Assembly: GCA_963715715.1 (NCBI GenBank)
Contig: OY970269.1
Span: 1,688,797-1,752,796 of the forward strand
Direction: 5' to 3'
Origin: an uncultured Alphaproteobacteria bacterium
GTDB taxonomy: Bacteria; Pseudomonadota; Alphaproteobacteria; Rhizobiales; Beijerinckiaceae
DNA: 64,000 bases
Made by a program: the position numbers and the translations under genes. This document shows positions 1 to 10,326 of this stretch, piece by piece. The notes below the pieces were generated by a model. That model was given only the letters and a program-made list of their open reading frames with translations, was not told the DNA's origin and ran no database searches. Every line of letters begins with the position of its first letter. Positions within the stretch are counted from its first letter, which is position 1.

Positions 1-18
1 CGCCCTGCCGGATCAGAT

Positions 19-1449
19 GTGATGGCGAAAGCGCGCCTGTCTTTCGCCTGCCAGAACTGCGGCGCGCTGACCCAGCGCTGGCAGGGCCGCTGCGAGGCCT
101 GCGGCGAATGGAACACCATCGTCGAGGAGAGCGCCGCCGCCGGCATCGGCGCGCAGGCGGCCGTCGGGGCGCGCAAGGGCCGCGTATTCCATCTTTCGAA
201 GCTGATCGAGCCGGAAAGCCCCGCGCCCCCGCGCATCAAGGCCGGCATCGGCGAACTCGACCGCGTCAGCGGCGGCGGCTTCGTCTCGGGCTCGGTGCTT
301 CTGCTCGGCGGCGAGCCCGGCATCGGCAAATCGACCCTGCTCATTCAGGGCTGCGCCGCGCTCGCCGCGTCCGGCCGGCGCGTCGTCTATATCTCGGGCG
401 AGGAGGCGGTCGATCAGCTGCGGCTCAGGGCGCAGCGGCTCGGCCTTGGCGACAGCCCCGTCGAACTCGCCGCCGAGACCAGCGTCGAGGACATCGTCGC
501 GACGCTCTCGGCCGGCCCGCGCCCGGCCCTCGTCGTGATCGATTCCATCCAGACGATGTGGACGAGCCTCATCGAATCGGCGCCTGGAACGGTGAGCCAG
601 GTGCGCGGCGCGGCGCAGGCGCTGATCCGTTTCGCGAAGACCAGCGGCGCGGCGGTGATCCTCGTCGGCCATGTGACGAAAGACGGTCAGATCGCAGGTC
701 CCCGCGTGGTCGAGCATATGGTCGACGCCGTGCTCTCCTTCGAGGGCGAAGGCGGCCGCGATCTCCGCCTGCTGCGCGCCGTCAAGAACCGCTTTGGCGC
801 GACCGACGAAATTGGCGTCTTCGAAATGACCGGGCGCGGCCTCGCCGAGGTCGAGAATCCGTCCGCGCTGTTCCTCTCCGCGCGCGATCTGGCAGCGCCC
901 GGCGCGGCCGTATTCGCCGGCATGGAGGGCTCGCGCCCGCTCCTCGTCGAGTTTCAGGCCCTTGTCGCGCCAAGCTCGCTCGGCACGCCGCGCCGCGCCG
1001 TCGTCGGCTGGGACGCCGCGCGCCTTTCCATGATCGTCGCCGTGCTCGAGACCCATGCCGGCCTCAAGCTTGGCCAGCACGACATTTATCTCACGGTCGC
1101 CGGCGGCCTCCGGGTCGGCGAGCCCGCCGCCGATCTCGCCGCCGCCGCGGCGCTCATTTCATCGCTGAGCAACATCGCGCTTGGCGCGGACTGCGTGTTC
1201 TTCGGCGAGATCGGCCTCTCCGGCGCGATCCGGCCGGTCTCGCATGGCCTCGCGCGATTGAAGGAGGCGGCGAAGCTCGGCTTTCGCCGGGCGATCATCC
1301 CGCGAGGACCTTCCGAGCGGGGCGCCGCAAAGGAGATCGCCGCGCCGAAAGATCTCGTCCTGCGCCATTGCGGGCACATTTCCGATCTGGTCGCGGAAAT
1401 CGGCGCCGGGCGCAAGCCGCGCGGCGCGGACGCGCGTGCGGATGACTGA
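19..1449 (+). CDS. radA: DNA repair protein RadA/Sms
   Basis: N-terminal C4 zinc finger (CQNCG...WQGRCEACGEWN), Walker A GEPGIGKST, KNRFG motif, Lon-like C-terminal domain. Confidence 0.97.
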   Translation: MMAKARLSFACQNCGALTQRWQGRCEACGEWNTIVEESAAAGIGAQAAVGARKGRVFHLSKLIEPESPAPPRIKAGIGELDRVSGGGFVSGSVLLLGGEPGIGKSTLLIQGCAALAASGRRVVYISGEEAVDQLRLRAQRLGLGDSPVELAAETSVEDIVATLSAGPRPALVVIDSIQTMWTSLIESAPGTVSQVRGAAQALIRFAKTSGAAVILVGHVTKDGQIAGPRVVEHMVDAVLSFEGEGGRDLRLLRAVKNRFGATDEIGVFEMTGRGLAEVENPSALFLSARDLAAPGAAVFAGMEGSRPLLVEFQALVAPSSLGTPRRAVVGWDAARLSMIVAVLETHAGLKLGQHDIYLTVAGGLRVGEPAADLAAAAALISSLSNIALGADCVFFGEIGLSGAIRPVSHGLARLKEAAKLGFRRAIIPRGPSERGAAKEIAAPKDLVLRHCGHISDLVAEIGAGRKPRGADARADD

Positions 1450-1611
1450 ATCCTGCCGCGCCGCTATAAGAAAGCGCGCCACGGCCGCCGCGATCATCGG
1501 GAATCGCCTGTTTCGCCTCTGGATTTCGCGGCCGGTTTAGGCGATAGCTGCGGCGCTTTCCGGGGGCGGCGAACATCGGAGCGCGGGATTCGGCGCGAAA
1601 GGCCAGACATA

Positions 1612-2229
1612 ATGCCATCCTATCTTGATCTCGGCTTGATCCTCGTGATGCTGATTTCCGCCTTTCTCGCCATGCTGCGGGGCTTTACCCGCGAAGTGCT
1701 CGCCATAGCATCATGGGGCGGCGCCGCAGTCGCCGCGATCTACCTCTACCCTCTCGTGCTGCCCTATGTGAAAGAATACCTGCACATCGAAAAGGATGTC
1801 GTCGCGCTCGCGATCTCCGCCGCCGCCGTCTTCTTCGCGACCCTGCTCGTCGTTTCGCTGATCACGATCAAACTCTCCGACGCCATTCTCAATTCCAAGG
1901 TGGGCGCGCTTGACCGCTCGCTCGGCTTCGTCTTTGGCGCGGCGCGCGGACTGTTCCTCTGCGTCATCGCCTTTATCTTTTTCAACTGGCTGGTGCCGGA
2001 GAAGACGCAGCCGCAGTGGGTCAAGGCGGCCCGCATGCGGCCCCTTTTGCAGGCGACCGGCGATCAGCTCATGGCGATGCTGCCGAACGATCCCGAAGGA
2101 ATTCTCGCCAAGCTGAAACAGCCCAAAGCCGCGGCCCCCAGCGAGGAGGCCGCGCCCGACAGCGACGTCGAGCCGAAAACGGCGCCGCTCGCGCCCGCCG
2201 ATAAGCCCGCCGACGGCAAGAAGACCTGA
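1612..2229 (+). CDS. cvpA: CvpA (colicin V production) family membrane protein
   Basis: RGFTRE and LDRSLGFVFGAARG motifs, four hydrophobic segments, canonical radA-cvpA-purF synteny. Confidence 0.9.
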   Translation: MPSYLDLGLILVMLISAFLAMLRGFTREVLAIASWGGAAVAAIYLYPLVLPYVKEYLHIEKDVVALAISAAAVFFATLLVVSLITIKLSDAILNSKVGALDRSLGFVFGAARGLFLCVIAFIFFNWLVPEKTQPQWVKAARMRPLLQATGDQLMAMLPNDPEGILAKLKQPKAAAPSEEAAPDSDVEPKTAPLAPADKPADGKKT

Positions 2230-2456
2230 AAGTCGCCCGGCGCCGGAAACCGCGCGTTCAGCTAGAAACAAAAGTAATGCTGTGGGTGCGACAATAGATT
2301 GTCGCGCGCGGGGTCGACAAATCGCGCAAGTTGCACTATGTAGAATTTATGTCGCCGGCGCCGCTTTTTCATCAGAGGCGCCGCTGACGTAAGGTTCCGC
2401 TCCGGAACGCTTTGAGACGCAGCGCGGCCGGACCGGGACAATCGCAGGAGACGGTT

Positions 2457-3939
2457 ATGGATGCCGCGGGCCAATCCGATCCGGACCAATCGGAAGTTTG
2501 GACGGATCTCGACCTGGACGCCGATCGCCTGCGCGAAGAATGCGGCGTGTTCGGCATTTTCGGCCATCCCGACGCCGCCGCTATCACCGCGCTCGGGCTT
2601 CACGCCCTCCAGCATCGCGGCCAGGAAGCCGCCGGCATCGTCTCCTTCGACGGGCGGCGCTTCAATTCAGAGCGCCGCCTCGGCCTCGTCGGCGATCATT
2701 TCTCCAAAGCCTCGACGATCGAGCGACTGCCGGGCGAGTCCGCGATCGGCCATGTCCGCTATTCGACCACCGGCGAGACCATTCTGCGCAATGTCCAGCC
2801 ACTCTTCGCCGAACTGAATTCCGGCGGCTTCGCCGTCGCCCACAACGGCAATCTCACAAACGGCCTGACCCTGCGCCGCGATCTCGTCCACGAGCGGCGC
2901 GATCTATCAGTCGACCTCCGATACCGAAGTCATCCTGCATCTGTGGCGCGCAGCCGCCGCCCGCGCATCGTCGAGCGCTTCATCGAGGCCCTGCGCGCAG
3001 ATCGAAGGCGCCTACGCTCTCGTCGCCCTCTCCAACAACAAGCTGATCGGCGCCCGCGATCCGCTCGGCATCCGCCCGCTGGTGATCGGCGAACTCGACG
3101 GCCATTATATCCTCGCCTCGGAGACCTGCGCGCTCGACATCATCGGCGCGCGCTTCGTCCGCGACGTCGAAAACGGCGAAATCGTCGTCATTTCGAAAGA
3201 GGGCGTCGAGAGCCTGCGGCCCTTCCCGCCGCGCCCGATGCGGCCCTGCATCTTCGAATATATCTATTTCGCGCGGCCCGACTCCATCGTGCACGGCCGC
3301 CCCGTCTATGATGTGCGCAAGGCCATGGGCGCCGAGCTCGCGCGGGAAGCCGGCGTCGAAGCCGACGTCGTCGTGCCGGTCCCCGATTCCGGCGTGCCCG
3401 CCGCGATCGGCTATGCGCAGGCTTCGGGCATTCCGTTCGAACTCGGCATCATCCGCAACCATTACGTCGGGCGCACCTTCATCCAGCCGACCCAGTCCGT
3501 GCGCGAATTGGGCGTGCGACTGAAGCACAGCGCCAACCGCGCCGTCGTCGCGGGCAAGCGCATCATCCTCATCGACGATTCCATCGTGCGCGGCACGACC
3601 TCCGTCAAGATCGTGCAGATGATGCGCGAGGCCGGCGCGCGCGAAGTGCATTTCCGCATTTCCTCGCCGCCGATCACCCATCCCGATTATTACGGCATCG
3701 ACACGCCGGAGCGCGAAAAGCTGCTCGCCGCGACCCATACGCTCGACGAGATGCGCGACTATATCGGCTGCGATTCGCTGGCCTTCCTCTCGGTCGACGG
3801 CATTTATCGCGCCATGGGCGAAAACGGGCGCGACCCGGTGCGGCCGCAATTCACCGACCATTGCTTCACCGGCGACTATCCGACCCACCTCACCGATCTC
3901 ACCGGCGAAACCAAAAGCGCAGCTCTCGCTGCTCGCTGA
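2457..3939 (+). CDS. purF: Amidophosphoribosyltransferase (three apparent single-base indels at about 2895-3000)
   Basis: Propeptide then CGVFG, QHRGQE, GHVRYST, HNGNLTN; C-terminal PRT motif LIDDSIVRGTT and DHCFTGDYP; split across reading frames. Confidence 0.93.
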
Positions 3940-4214
3940 AGCCAGTTAGATCCCTTTGCTGTAATCCCGGCGCTGCGTCGCATCCCGCAATTCGGCGGCG
4001 AAGTCGAGCGCCGCCTTACACAGTGAACATCGACCGGGTCGCGGGAATAGCCGACACCGCGCCATGGGGATCGACGATTTCCATGAGCGGCTGCTTGCGA
4101 CGGCGTCAGACGATCCTCGCTTGATCCGCGGACAAGATTGATCACTGCGATTTCCGATTTCGCCGAACCGCTTTAACTTCGCAGCCTTCTCGCGCACCGG
4201 GCACAAGACCCATC

Positions 4215-4967
4215 ATGCCAGCTACCCTTCACGGCCGCGTCGCTCTCGTCACGGGCGCCTCGCGCGGCATCGGCCGCGCCGTGGCTCTCGAACTTGCGCG
4301 GGCAGGCGCGCACATCATCGCCCTCGCCCGCACGCAGGGCGCCCTTGAGGATCTCGATGACGCGATCCGCGCGGAAGGCGGCGAGGCGGCGACCGTCACG
4401 CCTTGCGACGTCAAGGATTTCGACGCGCTCGACCGGCTCGGCGCGGCGATCTTCGCGCGCTGGGGCAAGCTCGACATTCTGGTCGGCAACGCTGGCGCGC
4501 TGGGGCCTGTCACGCCGCTTGGCCATGTCGAGCCGCGCCAATGGGACGACACATTCGCGGTCAACGTAACCGCCAACTGGCGGCTCATCCGTTCGCTCGA
4601 TCCGCTGCTGCGCGCTTCCGACGCGGGCCGCGCTGTGTTCCTCACGGCGGGCGTCGCCCACGCTGCTATCATCCCGCCATATTGGGGACCCTACGCCGCT
4701 TCGAAAGCCGCGCTCGAAGCGCTGGTGCGCACCTATGCGGCGGAGACGCGAAACATCACCCCGGTCCGGGTGATGGCCGTCAATCCGGGGCAGATCCGCA
4801 CAAAGATGCGGGCGCAGGCCATGCCAGGCGAAAATCCTATGATTTTGAGAACGCCAGAAGAGCTCGCGCCCAAAATCGCCGCCATCTGCTCGCCCGAATG
4901 GACCGAGACCGGCAAGCTTTATGACTTTCCACAAGACCGCGTGTTACGATTTTCTGAGCCAAACTGA
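4215..4967 (+). CDS. SDR family oxidoreductase (YciK-like)
   Basis: TGASRGIG Rossmann motif, YAASK catalytic motif; usual neighbour of purF in this group. Confidence 0.88.
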   Translation: MPATLHGRVALVTGASRGIGRAVALELARAGAHIIALARTQGALEDLDDAIRAEGGEAATVTPCDVKDFDALDRLGAAIFARWGKLDILVGNAGALGPVTPLGHVEPRQWDDTFAVNVTANWRLIRSLDPLLRASDAGRAVFLTAGVAHAAIIPPYWGPYAASKAALEALVRTYAAETRNITPVRVMAVNPGQIRTKMRAQAMPGENPMILRTPEELAPKIAAICSPEWTETGKLYDFPQDRVLRFSEPN

Positions 4968-5048
4968 GACGGATCGCGCGGGATCGCCAGCGAGCCCGAC
5001 GTCCGTGAATCCGCGGCGCGTTGCCGCGCAATTGCAAAGGCGCCCCAA

Positions 5049-5729
5049 ATGGAATTTCGCTCGATCCTCGGCGCTTGCTTCGCCTTTTCCATTCTGGCTG
5101 GGGCAACCGCCGCCGAAGACCATGCGCCGACATGGACCGCGAGTTTCACGACGCGCGTCGAAGCTCTCGCCTTGCTCCAGACCCTCAGCGCCGAGCTGGC
5201 CGTCAATGACAGCGCGACCCTGACGCTCGATCATTGGTGCGAAGAGCACCGGCTCGCCTCGCCGGCGAAGATCGTCGCCGAAAAGGTCGCGGGAGCGGAC
5301 CAGCCGCCGACGCCGGAGACGCGCAAGCTGCTCAACATCGACGAAGCCGAACCGGTCCGCTATCGCAGGGTGCGGCTTGCCTGCGGCCAACATATTCTGT
5401 CGGAAGCGGACAATTGGTACGTGCCCGCCCGCCTGACGCCAGAGATAAATGGCGCGCTGGAGACCACAAACGTCGCCTTTGGGCGGGCCGTGCAGCCGCT
5501 GCATTTCCAGCGTCACACGCTGGAGGCGACGCTGATATGGTCGCCGCTTCCGGCAGGCTGGGAAATGGGCGCGGCGGCGCCACAAGCGGACAGCAAACCT
5601 CTCGAGATTCCACACATCGTGCTCGAGCATCGCGCCGTCCTTACCCTGCCCGACGGCACGCCATTCAGCGAAGTGGTCGAGCGCTACACGAGTGAAGTAC
5701 TCGCCTTCCCGCCGCCGACCGAACCGTGA
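5049..5729 (+). CDS. Conserved hypothetical protein with signal peptide, possibly chorismate-lyase (UbiC/UTRA)-like fold
   Basis: Hydrophobic N-terminus ending AxA; VRYRRVRLACG..LSEADNWYVP and FGRAV segments recall UbiC-like motifs. Confidence 0.55.
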   Translation: MEFRSILGACFAFSILAGATAAEDHAPTWTASFTTRVEALALLQTLSAELAVNDSATLTLDHWCEEHRLASPAKIVAEKVAGADQPPTPETRKLLNIDEAEPVRYRRVRLACGQHILSEADNWYVPARLTPEINGALETTNVAFGRAVQPLHFQRHTLEATLIWSPLPAGWEMGAAAPQADSKPLEIPHIVLEHRAVLTLPDGTPFSEVVERYTSEVLAFPPPTEP

Positions 5730-5767
5730 CGCGAGCCGGGGAAAGTTTTCAACCCGAACTCCAAGCC

Positions 5768-7888
5768 TCAGAGATCTATCGCGACCACGGTCGTCATCAA
5801 CCTTCTCGGCTCGGCGCTGAAGCCGACCGAAAACTGAAATTCGCCGGGCTCGAAACAGGGTTTCAGATCGGCGCCCGGAAAGCCCAACTCGGCGCCGGGA
5901 AGCGCGAAATCGACGACGTCCGTCTCGCCAGGCCGCAGCGCGATCTTCTTAAATCGCTTCAGTTCAAGCACCGGCCGCGCGATCGACGCGACGAGATCGC
6001 GCGCAAACAGAAAGACGGTCGCCTCGCCGTCCATCGGTCCTTCATTGGCGACGTCGACGCTGAACCGGATCATATCGGCGAAACTGAAATCCCGCTGCAG
6101 GGCGCGAAAATTCGACAGCGCGAAGCGGCTATAGGACAGACCATGTCCGAACCAGAACTGCGGCTCGACCGAAATATCGAGATATTTGCTGGTGTAGGGG
6201 TCGGCGGGGTCGAACGGCCGCCCCGTCGGCCGAACGGCATAAAAGATCGGAATCTGGCCGACCGCGCGCGGCCAGGTGACCGGCAGCCGTCCGATCGGAT
6301 TGAAGCGGCCGGTCAGAACATCGGCGATGGCGCTCCCCGCCTCGGCGCCGAGGAACCATGTCGCGACCACCGCCGCGGCGCCTTCGAAGAGCCAGGGCAG
6401 CGTGAGCGGACGTCCACTGGACAGAACCGCGACGACGGGCTTGCCAAGGCCGAGCGCGGCCATTGCGAGGGCCTTCTGGCGGCCGGGCAGCCCAAGATCG
6501 GCGCGCGAGGCCGCCTCCCCGCTCATCGCGGCGGCTTCGCCGAGGCAAAGCAGGATGAGATCGACGCCGCAGGCGATTGCGAGCGCGGCCGGAATTTCTG
6601 AGTCGTCCTCGCCGTCGATGCCGACGCCCTCGGCGAAAAGGATTTCCGCCTGCGGCAACGCGCGCTGCAAACCGTCGAGGATGGAGACGCTATCCTCGCG
6701 GTCGGCCCCCATCGCCCATGGCCCCTGCATCTCACGTTTGGCGGCGGCGAGGGGACCGATGACGGCAATCTTGCGCAAATTCGCCGACAACGGCAGCGCG
6801 CCGTCGTTTGTGAGCACCACAATGGAGCGTCGCGCCGCGACGCGGGCGAGTTCGCGGGCCGCTGTGGCGGATTCGCCGCCGCCCATGCGGCGAAAGGCGT
6901 CGTCGAAGAGGCCGAGCCGCTGCTTCAGCGTCAGCACGCGGCGAACGCTGGCGTTGACGTCGGCGATTGATACGCGCCCCTCGGCGAGCGCCTGCGGCAG
7001 CCCCTGGCGAAAGGCGCCGCCCATCATGTCGATATCGACGCCGGCTTTCAGCGCCAGCGCGGCGGCTTCGCAAAGATCGGCGGCGACGCCATGGCGCAGC
7101 AGTTCGACGATCGAATTGTAATCGCTGACGACAACGCCGTCGAAGTCCTGTTCGCCGCGCAGCCAGCCGCAAAGTAGCGCCCGGTGCGCGGTCATGGGCA
7201 CGCCGGCGAGGTCCATGAAGGCCGGCATAATCGCGGCGCAGCCGGCTTTGAGCGCCGCCTCGAAGGGCGGCAGATAGACCTCGCGCAGCGTTCGCTCGGA
7301 AACGTCGGCGGAGGCGTAGTCGCGCCCGGCCAGAGCCGCGCCATAGGCGCAAAGATGCTTGGCCGTGGCGGCGACGGCGTCGCCAAGTGTGAGATCGTCG
7401 CCCTGGAAGCCCTGCACCTTGGCCCGCGCGAATTCGGCCGTGACATAAGGGTCCTCGCCCGCGCCCTCGGCGATGCGGCCCCAGCGCGGATCGCGCGCGA
7501 CGTCGAGCATCGGCGCGAAAACCATCGAAACTCCGTCGTGCGCGGCTTCCGCGGCCGCCGCCCGGGCCGTCGCCGCCCAAAGCTGCGGATCGAAGGCGGA
7601 GGCTTCGCCAAGCGGAATTGGAAATATGGTCCTGTGCCCATGCAGCACATCGAGGCCGATCAACAGAGGAATGCCAAGGCAACTCTCCGCGGCCGTCCTC
7701 TGGATCGCGCGCACCGCCTCAGCGCCCCAAAGGTTCAAAAGCGAGCCGACGCGCCCAGCGCGGACGTCGGCGCTGACGTCAGCGCAAACGGACGGCCCAG
7801 TCACCGCATAGCCGCCGGAGGCCATGGTGAGCTGGCCGATCTTCTCCTCCAGCGTCATGGCTGCGATGAGCCCGGCGATCCTATCCAT
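5768..7888 (-). CDS. bglX: GH3 beta-glucosidase (BglX-like)
   Basis: MTLEEKIGQL, DVLHG, RDPRWGR, KH, VVSDY nucleophile motif, GEAAAMSGEA, C-terminal fibronectin-III segment; RBS AGGGAG before ATG at 7888. Confidence 0.9.
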   Translation of the reverse strand: MDRIAGLIAAMTLEEKIGQLTMASGGYAVTGPSVCADVSADVRAGRVGSLLNLWGAEAVRAIQRTAAESCLGIPLLIGLDVLHGHRTIFPIPLGEASAFDPQLWAATARAAAAEAAHDGVSMVFAPMLDVARDPRWGRIAEGAGEDPYVTAEFARAKVQGFQGDDLTLGDAVAATAKHLCAYGAALAGRDYASADVSERTLREVYLPPFEAALKAGCAAIMPAFMDLAGVPMTAHRALLCGWLRGEQDFDGVVVSDYNSIVELLRHGVAADLCEAAALALKAGVDIDMMGGAFRQGLPQALAEGRVSIADVNASVRRVLTLKQRLGLFDDAFRRMGGGESATAARELARVAARRSIVVLTNDGALPLSANLRKIAVIGPLAAAKREMQGPWAMGADREDSVSILDGLQRALPQAEILFAEGVGIDGEDDSEIPAALAIACGVDLILLCLGEAAAMSGEAASRADLGLPGRQKALAMAALGLGKPVVAVLSSGRPLTLPWLFEGAAAVVATWFLGAEAGSAIADVLTGRFNPIGRLPVTWPRAVGQIPIFYAVRPTGRPFDPADPYTSKYLDISVEPQFWFGHGLSYSRFALSNFRALQRDFSFADMIRFSVDVANEGPMDGEATVFLFARDLVASIARPVLELKRFKKIALRPGETDVVDFALPGAELGFPGADLKPCFEPGEFQFSVGFSAEPRRLMTTVVAIDL

Positions 7889-8238
7889 CGGCCGCTCCCT
7901 TGCGCGCGATATGTTGACCGGCCCCGGACGCGCCGGGGCTGGCGCAAATGGAAGCCCTGACCATGTTAGGCGTTCAAATGTCCGCCGACAAATCGGCGCC
8001 GTGCTTGAGCTTCGCCCGCGCCGCAACGGCGGACACCCGCGGAGAGTTTCGCCCGAATCAAGATGATCGAGATCGACCCCGCCCGCGCCGCGTTTCCCGC
8101 ATCACAATGTTTTCCGCGGATAATTCGCCAAAGCCATGCCTGCTTTTACGATTGGATCATGCGTTAAGTGGCGAAATGGAGCGTGATTGAGATTAAAAGG
8201 GGAACTTCCGCGCCGCTTGCGAGCGAAGCTTTGGGCCG

Positions 8239-10053
8239 ATGATGGACCAGGACAATAAACAGGCCGCAACCGACCCACGTCAGGACGGCTTTGCGGCTCA
8301 ACTCGTGATGATGATCCGCGCCCTCATCGCCTCGCCGGAGCGCCACCAGTTCTTTTTGCTCGCCTTCGCCATATGCACCGTGGTCGCGGCGACCGCCTTC
8401 GGCCAGATTCGGCTCAACGCGTGGAACCAGCCGTTTTACAACTCGCTTGCGCATAAGGATCGCGCCGAATTCCTGCACCAGCTCTGGGTCTTCACCCTGA
8501 TCGCCAGCGGCCTCCTCATTTTGAACGTCGCACAGACCTGGCTCAACCAAATGACCCGGGTCAAGCTGCGCGGGCGGTTGACGGGCGATCTGATTGATCT
8601 CTGGCTCGGGCCGACGCGCGCGTTCCGCCTCGCCAACGCAGGCGAGATCGGGGTAAATCCCGACCAGCGCATTCACGAGGATGTGCGCCACCTTGTCGAT
8701 CTGACGACCGATCTCGGCATCGGCCTTTTGCAGGCGACGCTTCTACTCGCCTGTTTCATCGGCGTTCTCTGGATGCTGTCCCAGGGCATGACGTTCTCGC
8801 TCTTTGGCCGGCGCTTCTCGGCGCCAGGCTATATGGTCTGGACCGCGCTGGTCTACGCCGGCGGCGCGTCCTGGATGAGCTGGCGCGTCGGCCACCCGCT
8901 GATCGGCCTCAACGCCGAACGCTACGCGCGCGAAGCTGACCTGCGTTCGGCTCTCGTGCGCGCCAACAACGGCACCGACGCCATCGCCTTCTACGGCGGC
9001 GAGGCGGACGAAAGGCAGCGTCTGCGCCAGGAGCTCGAGCCGGTGCTCGCCGTCATGCGTCGCCTCGTCACCGGCCTTACGCGGCTGACCTGGGTCACGG
9101 CCGGCTATGGCTGGTTCGCGATCGTCGCGCCGATCGTCGTCGCCGCGCCCGGATTTTTCAGCGGCGATTTGTCGTTCGGCGAATTGATGATGGTGGTCGG
9201 CGCCTTCAATCAGGTGCAGCAGGCGCTGCGCTGGTTCGTCGACAATTTCAGCACCATCGCCGACTGGCGCGCGACGCTGCTGCGGGTTGCGACCTTCCGC
9301 CGCGCGCTGCTCGACATCGACAATCTCGGCGACGGCGCGCGCCGCATCGAACTCATCGCCGCGCCGGACGAGCGACTGGAGTTCGACGATCTCGCCGTCG
9401 CGTCGCCCGCCGCCTGCACGAGGCTCAGCGAGCGCCATGTGACGATCCTGCCAGGCGAGCGCGTTTTGATCATCGCCCGTCGCGGAGCGGGGAGGACCAA
9501 TTTCTTCAGCGCTGTCGCCGGGCTCTGGCCCTGGGGGTCGGGCCGCATCGCGCGGCCGGCGGGCCAAACCATGATGTTCATGTCGCAGAGTCCCTATCTG
9601 CCGGCGGGAAGCCTGCGCGCGGCGCTCGCCTATCCCTCGGCCGTCGCGGCCTTCCCGGACGAAGCCTTCGCCAGGTCGCTGGAGCGCATGGGATTGTCCC
9701 ATCTCGAGCCGGAGCTTGACCGCGGCCCGCGCTGGGGCCGCGAACTCAGCGGTGATGAGCTGCAGAAGCTCGCCTTCGCGCGGCTGCTGCTGCACAGGCC
9801 GCGCTGGGTCCTGATCAATGGACCCCTCGACTCGCTCGACGAGGAAAACCGTGCGCTCGCGCTCGACATTTTCTCCCTGGAGCTGGCCGATGCGGCCATC
9901 CTCAATCTCGGCCGGACGGATGTGCAGAGGGGATTCTTCACGCGCGTCCTGCACCTCATCGATGACCCCACCGGGGAACGGCTCGCCGTCCTCCCGAGTC
10001 CGCTGGAGGAGCCGCCCGTCAAAGCGGCGTCGGACGCAGATTTGTTCAGCTAG
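8239..10053 (+). CDS. YddA/ABCD (SbmA/BacA-related) ABC transporter permease-NBD fusion with degenerate ATPase motifs
   Basis: LNAWNQPFYN, NPDQRIHED, EADLRSALVR membrane-domain motifs; Walker A reads ARRGAGRT, Walker B WVLING, H-loop LGR. Confidence 0.82.
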   Translation: MMDQDNKQAATDPRQDGFAAQLVMMIRALIASPERHQFFLLAFAICTVVAATAFGQIRLNAWNQPFYNSLAHKDRAEFLHQLWVFTLIASGLLILNVAQTWLNQMTRVKLRGRLTGDLIDLWLGPTRAFRLANAGEIGVNPDQRIHEDVRHLVDLTTDLGIGLLQATLLLACFIGVLWMLSQGMTFSLFGRRFSAPGYMVWTALVYAGGASWMSWRVGHPLIGLNAERYAREADLRSALVRANNGTDAIAFYGGEADERQRLRQELEPVLAVMRRLVTGLTRLTWVTAGYGWFAIVAPIVVAAPGFFSGDLSFGELMMVVGAFNQVQQALRWFVDNFSTIADWRATLLRVATFRRALLDIDNLGDGARRIELIAAPDERLEFDDLAVASPAACTRLSERHVTILPGERVLIIARRGAGRTNFFSAVAGLWPWGSGRIARPAGQTMMFMSQSPYLPAGSLRAALAYPSAVAAFPDEAFARSLERMGLSHLEPELDRGPRWGRELSGDELQKLAFARLLLHRPRWVLINGPLDSLDEENRALALDIFSLELADAAILNLGRTDVQRGFFTRVLHLIDDPTGERLAVLPSPLEEPPVKAASDADLFS

Positions 10054-10059
10054 GGCGCG

Positions 10060-10326
10060 TCAATAGTAGTGGCGATGATAATAGTGATGGTGGTGGTGAT
10101 GATAATAAGGCCTGCCGACTACGCCTCTCACGCCACCGACGACGCCGCCAGTGACGCCGCCGACCACGCCGCCAACCGCGGCGCCGACCGGACCGGCGAC
10201 ATGCCCGCCCTCGGCCGCGCCATGCTGGGCGCCGCCGACGACGCCCTGCGCCTGCACTGTGCAAGGCATTGAAAGAAGGGCGAGAACGCCAGCGAGGCCG
10301 AGGCCTCTTGTTAATCGGATGATCAT
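10060..10326 (-). CDS. Small secreted Gly/Val-rich protein with His/Tyr-rich C-terminus
   Basis: RBS GGAGG before ATG at 10326; signal peptide; GVVGG repeats; tail RPYYHHHHHHYYHRHYY. Confidence 0.7.
   Translation of the reverse strand: MIIRLTRGLGLAGVLALLSMPCTVQAQGVVGGAQHGAAEGGHVAGPVGAAVGGVVGGVTGGVVGGVRGVVGRPYYHHHHHHYYHRHYY

Noticed and set aside
13-1080. Long antisense and alternate-frame ORFs (also 8743-9954, 11669-12835, 47751-49409, 57113-57790, 59391-60383 and many others)
   Set aside because: Shadow ORFs expected in GC-rich DNA with few stop codons; they overlap well-supported genes and have no recognisable motifs.
10120-10200. Short tandem GC-rich repeats resembling a CRISPR or minisatellite
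   Set aside because: They encode the Gly/Val repeats of the small protein; there are no unique spacers and no cas genes.
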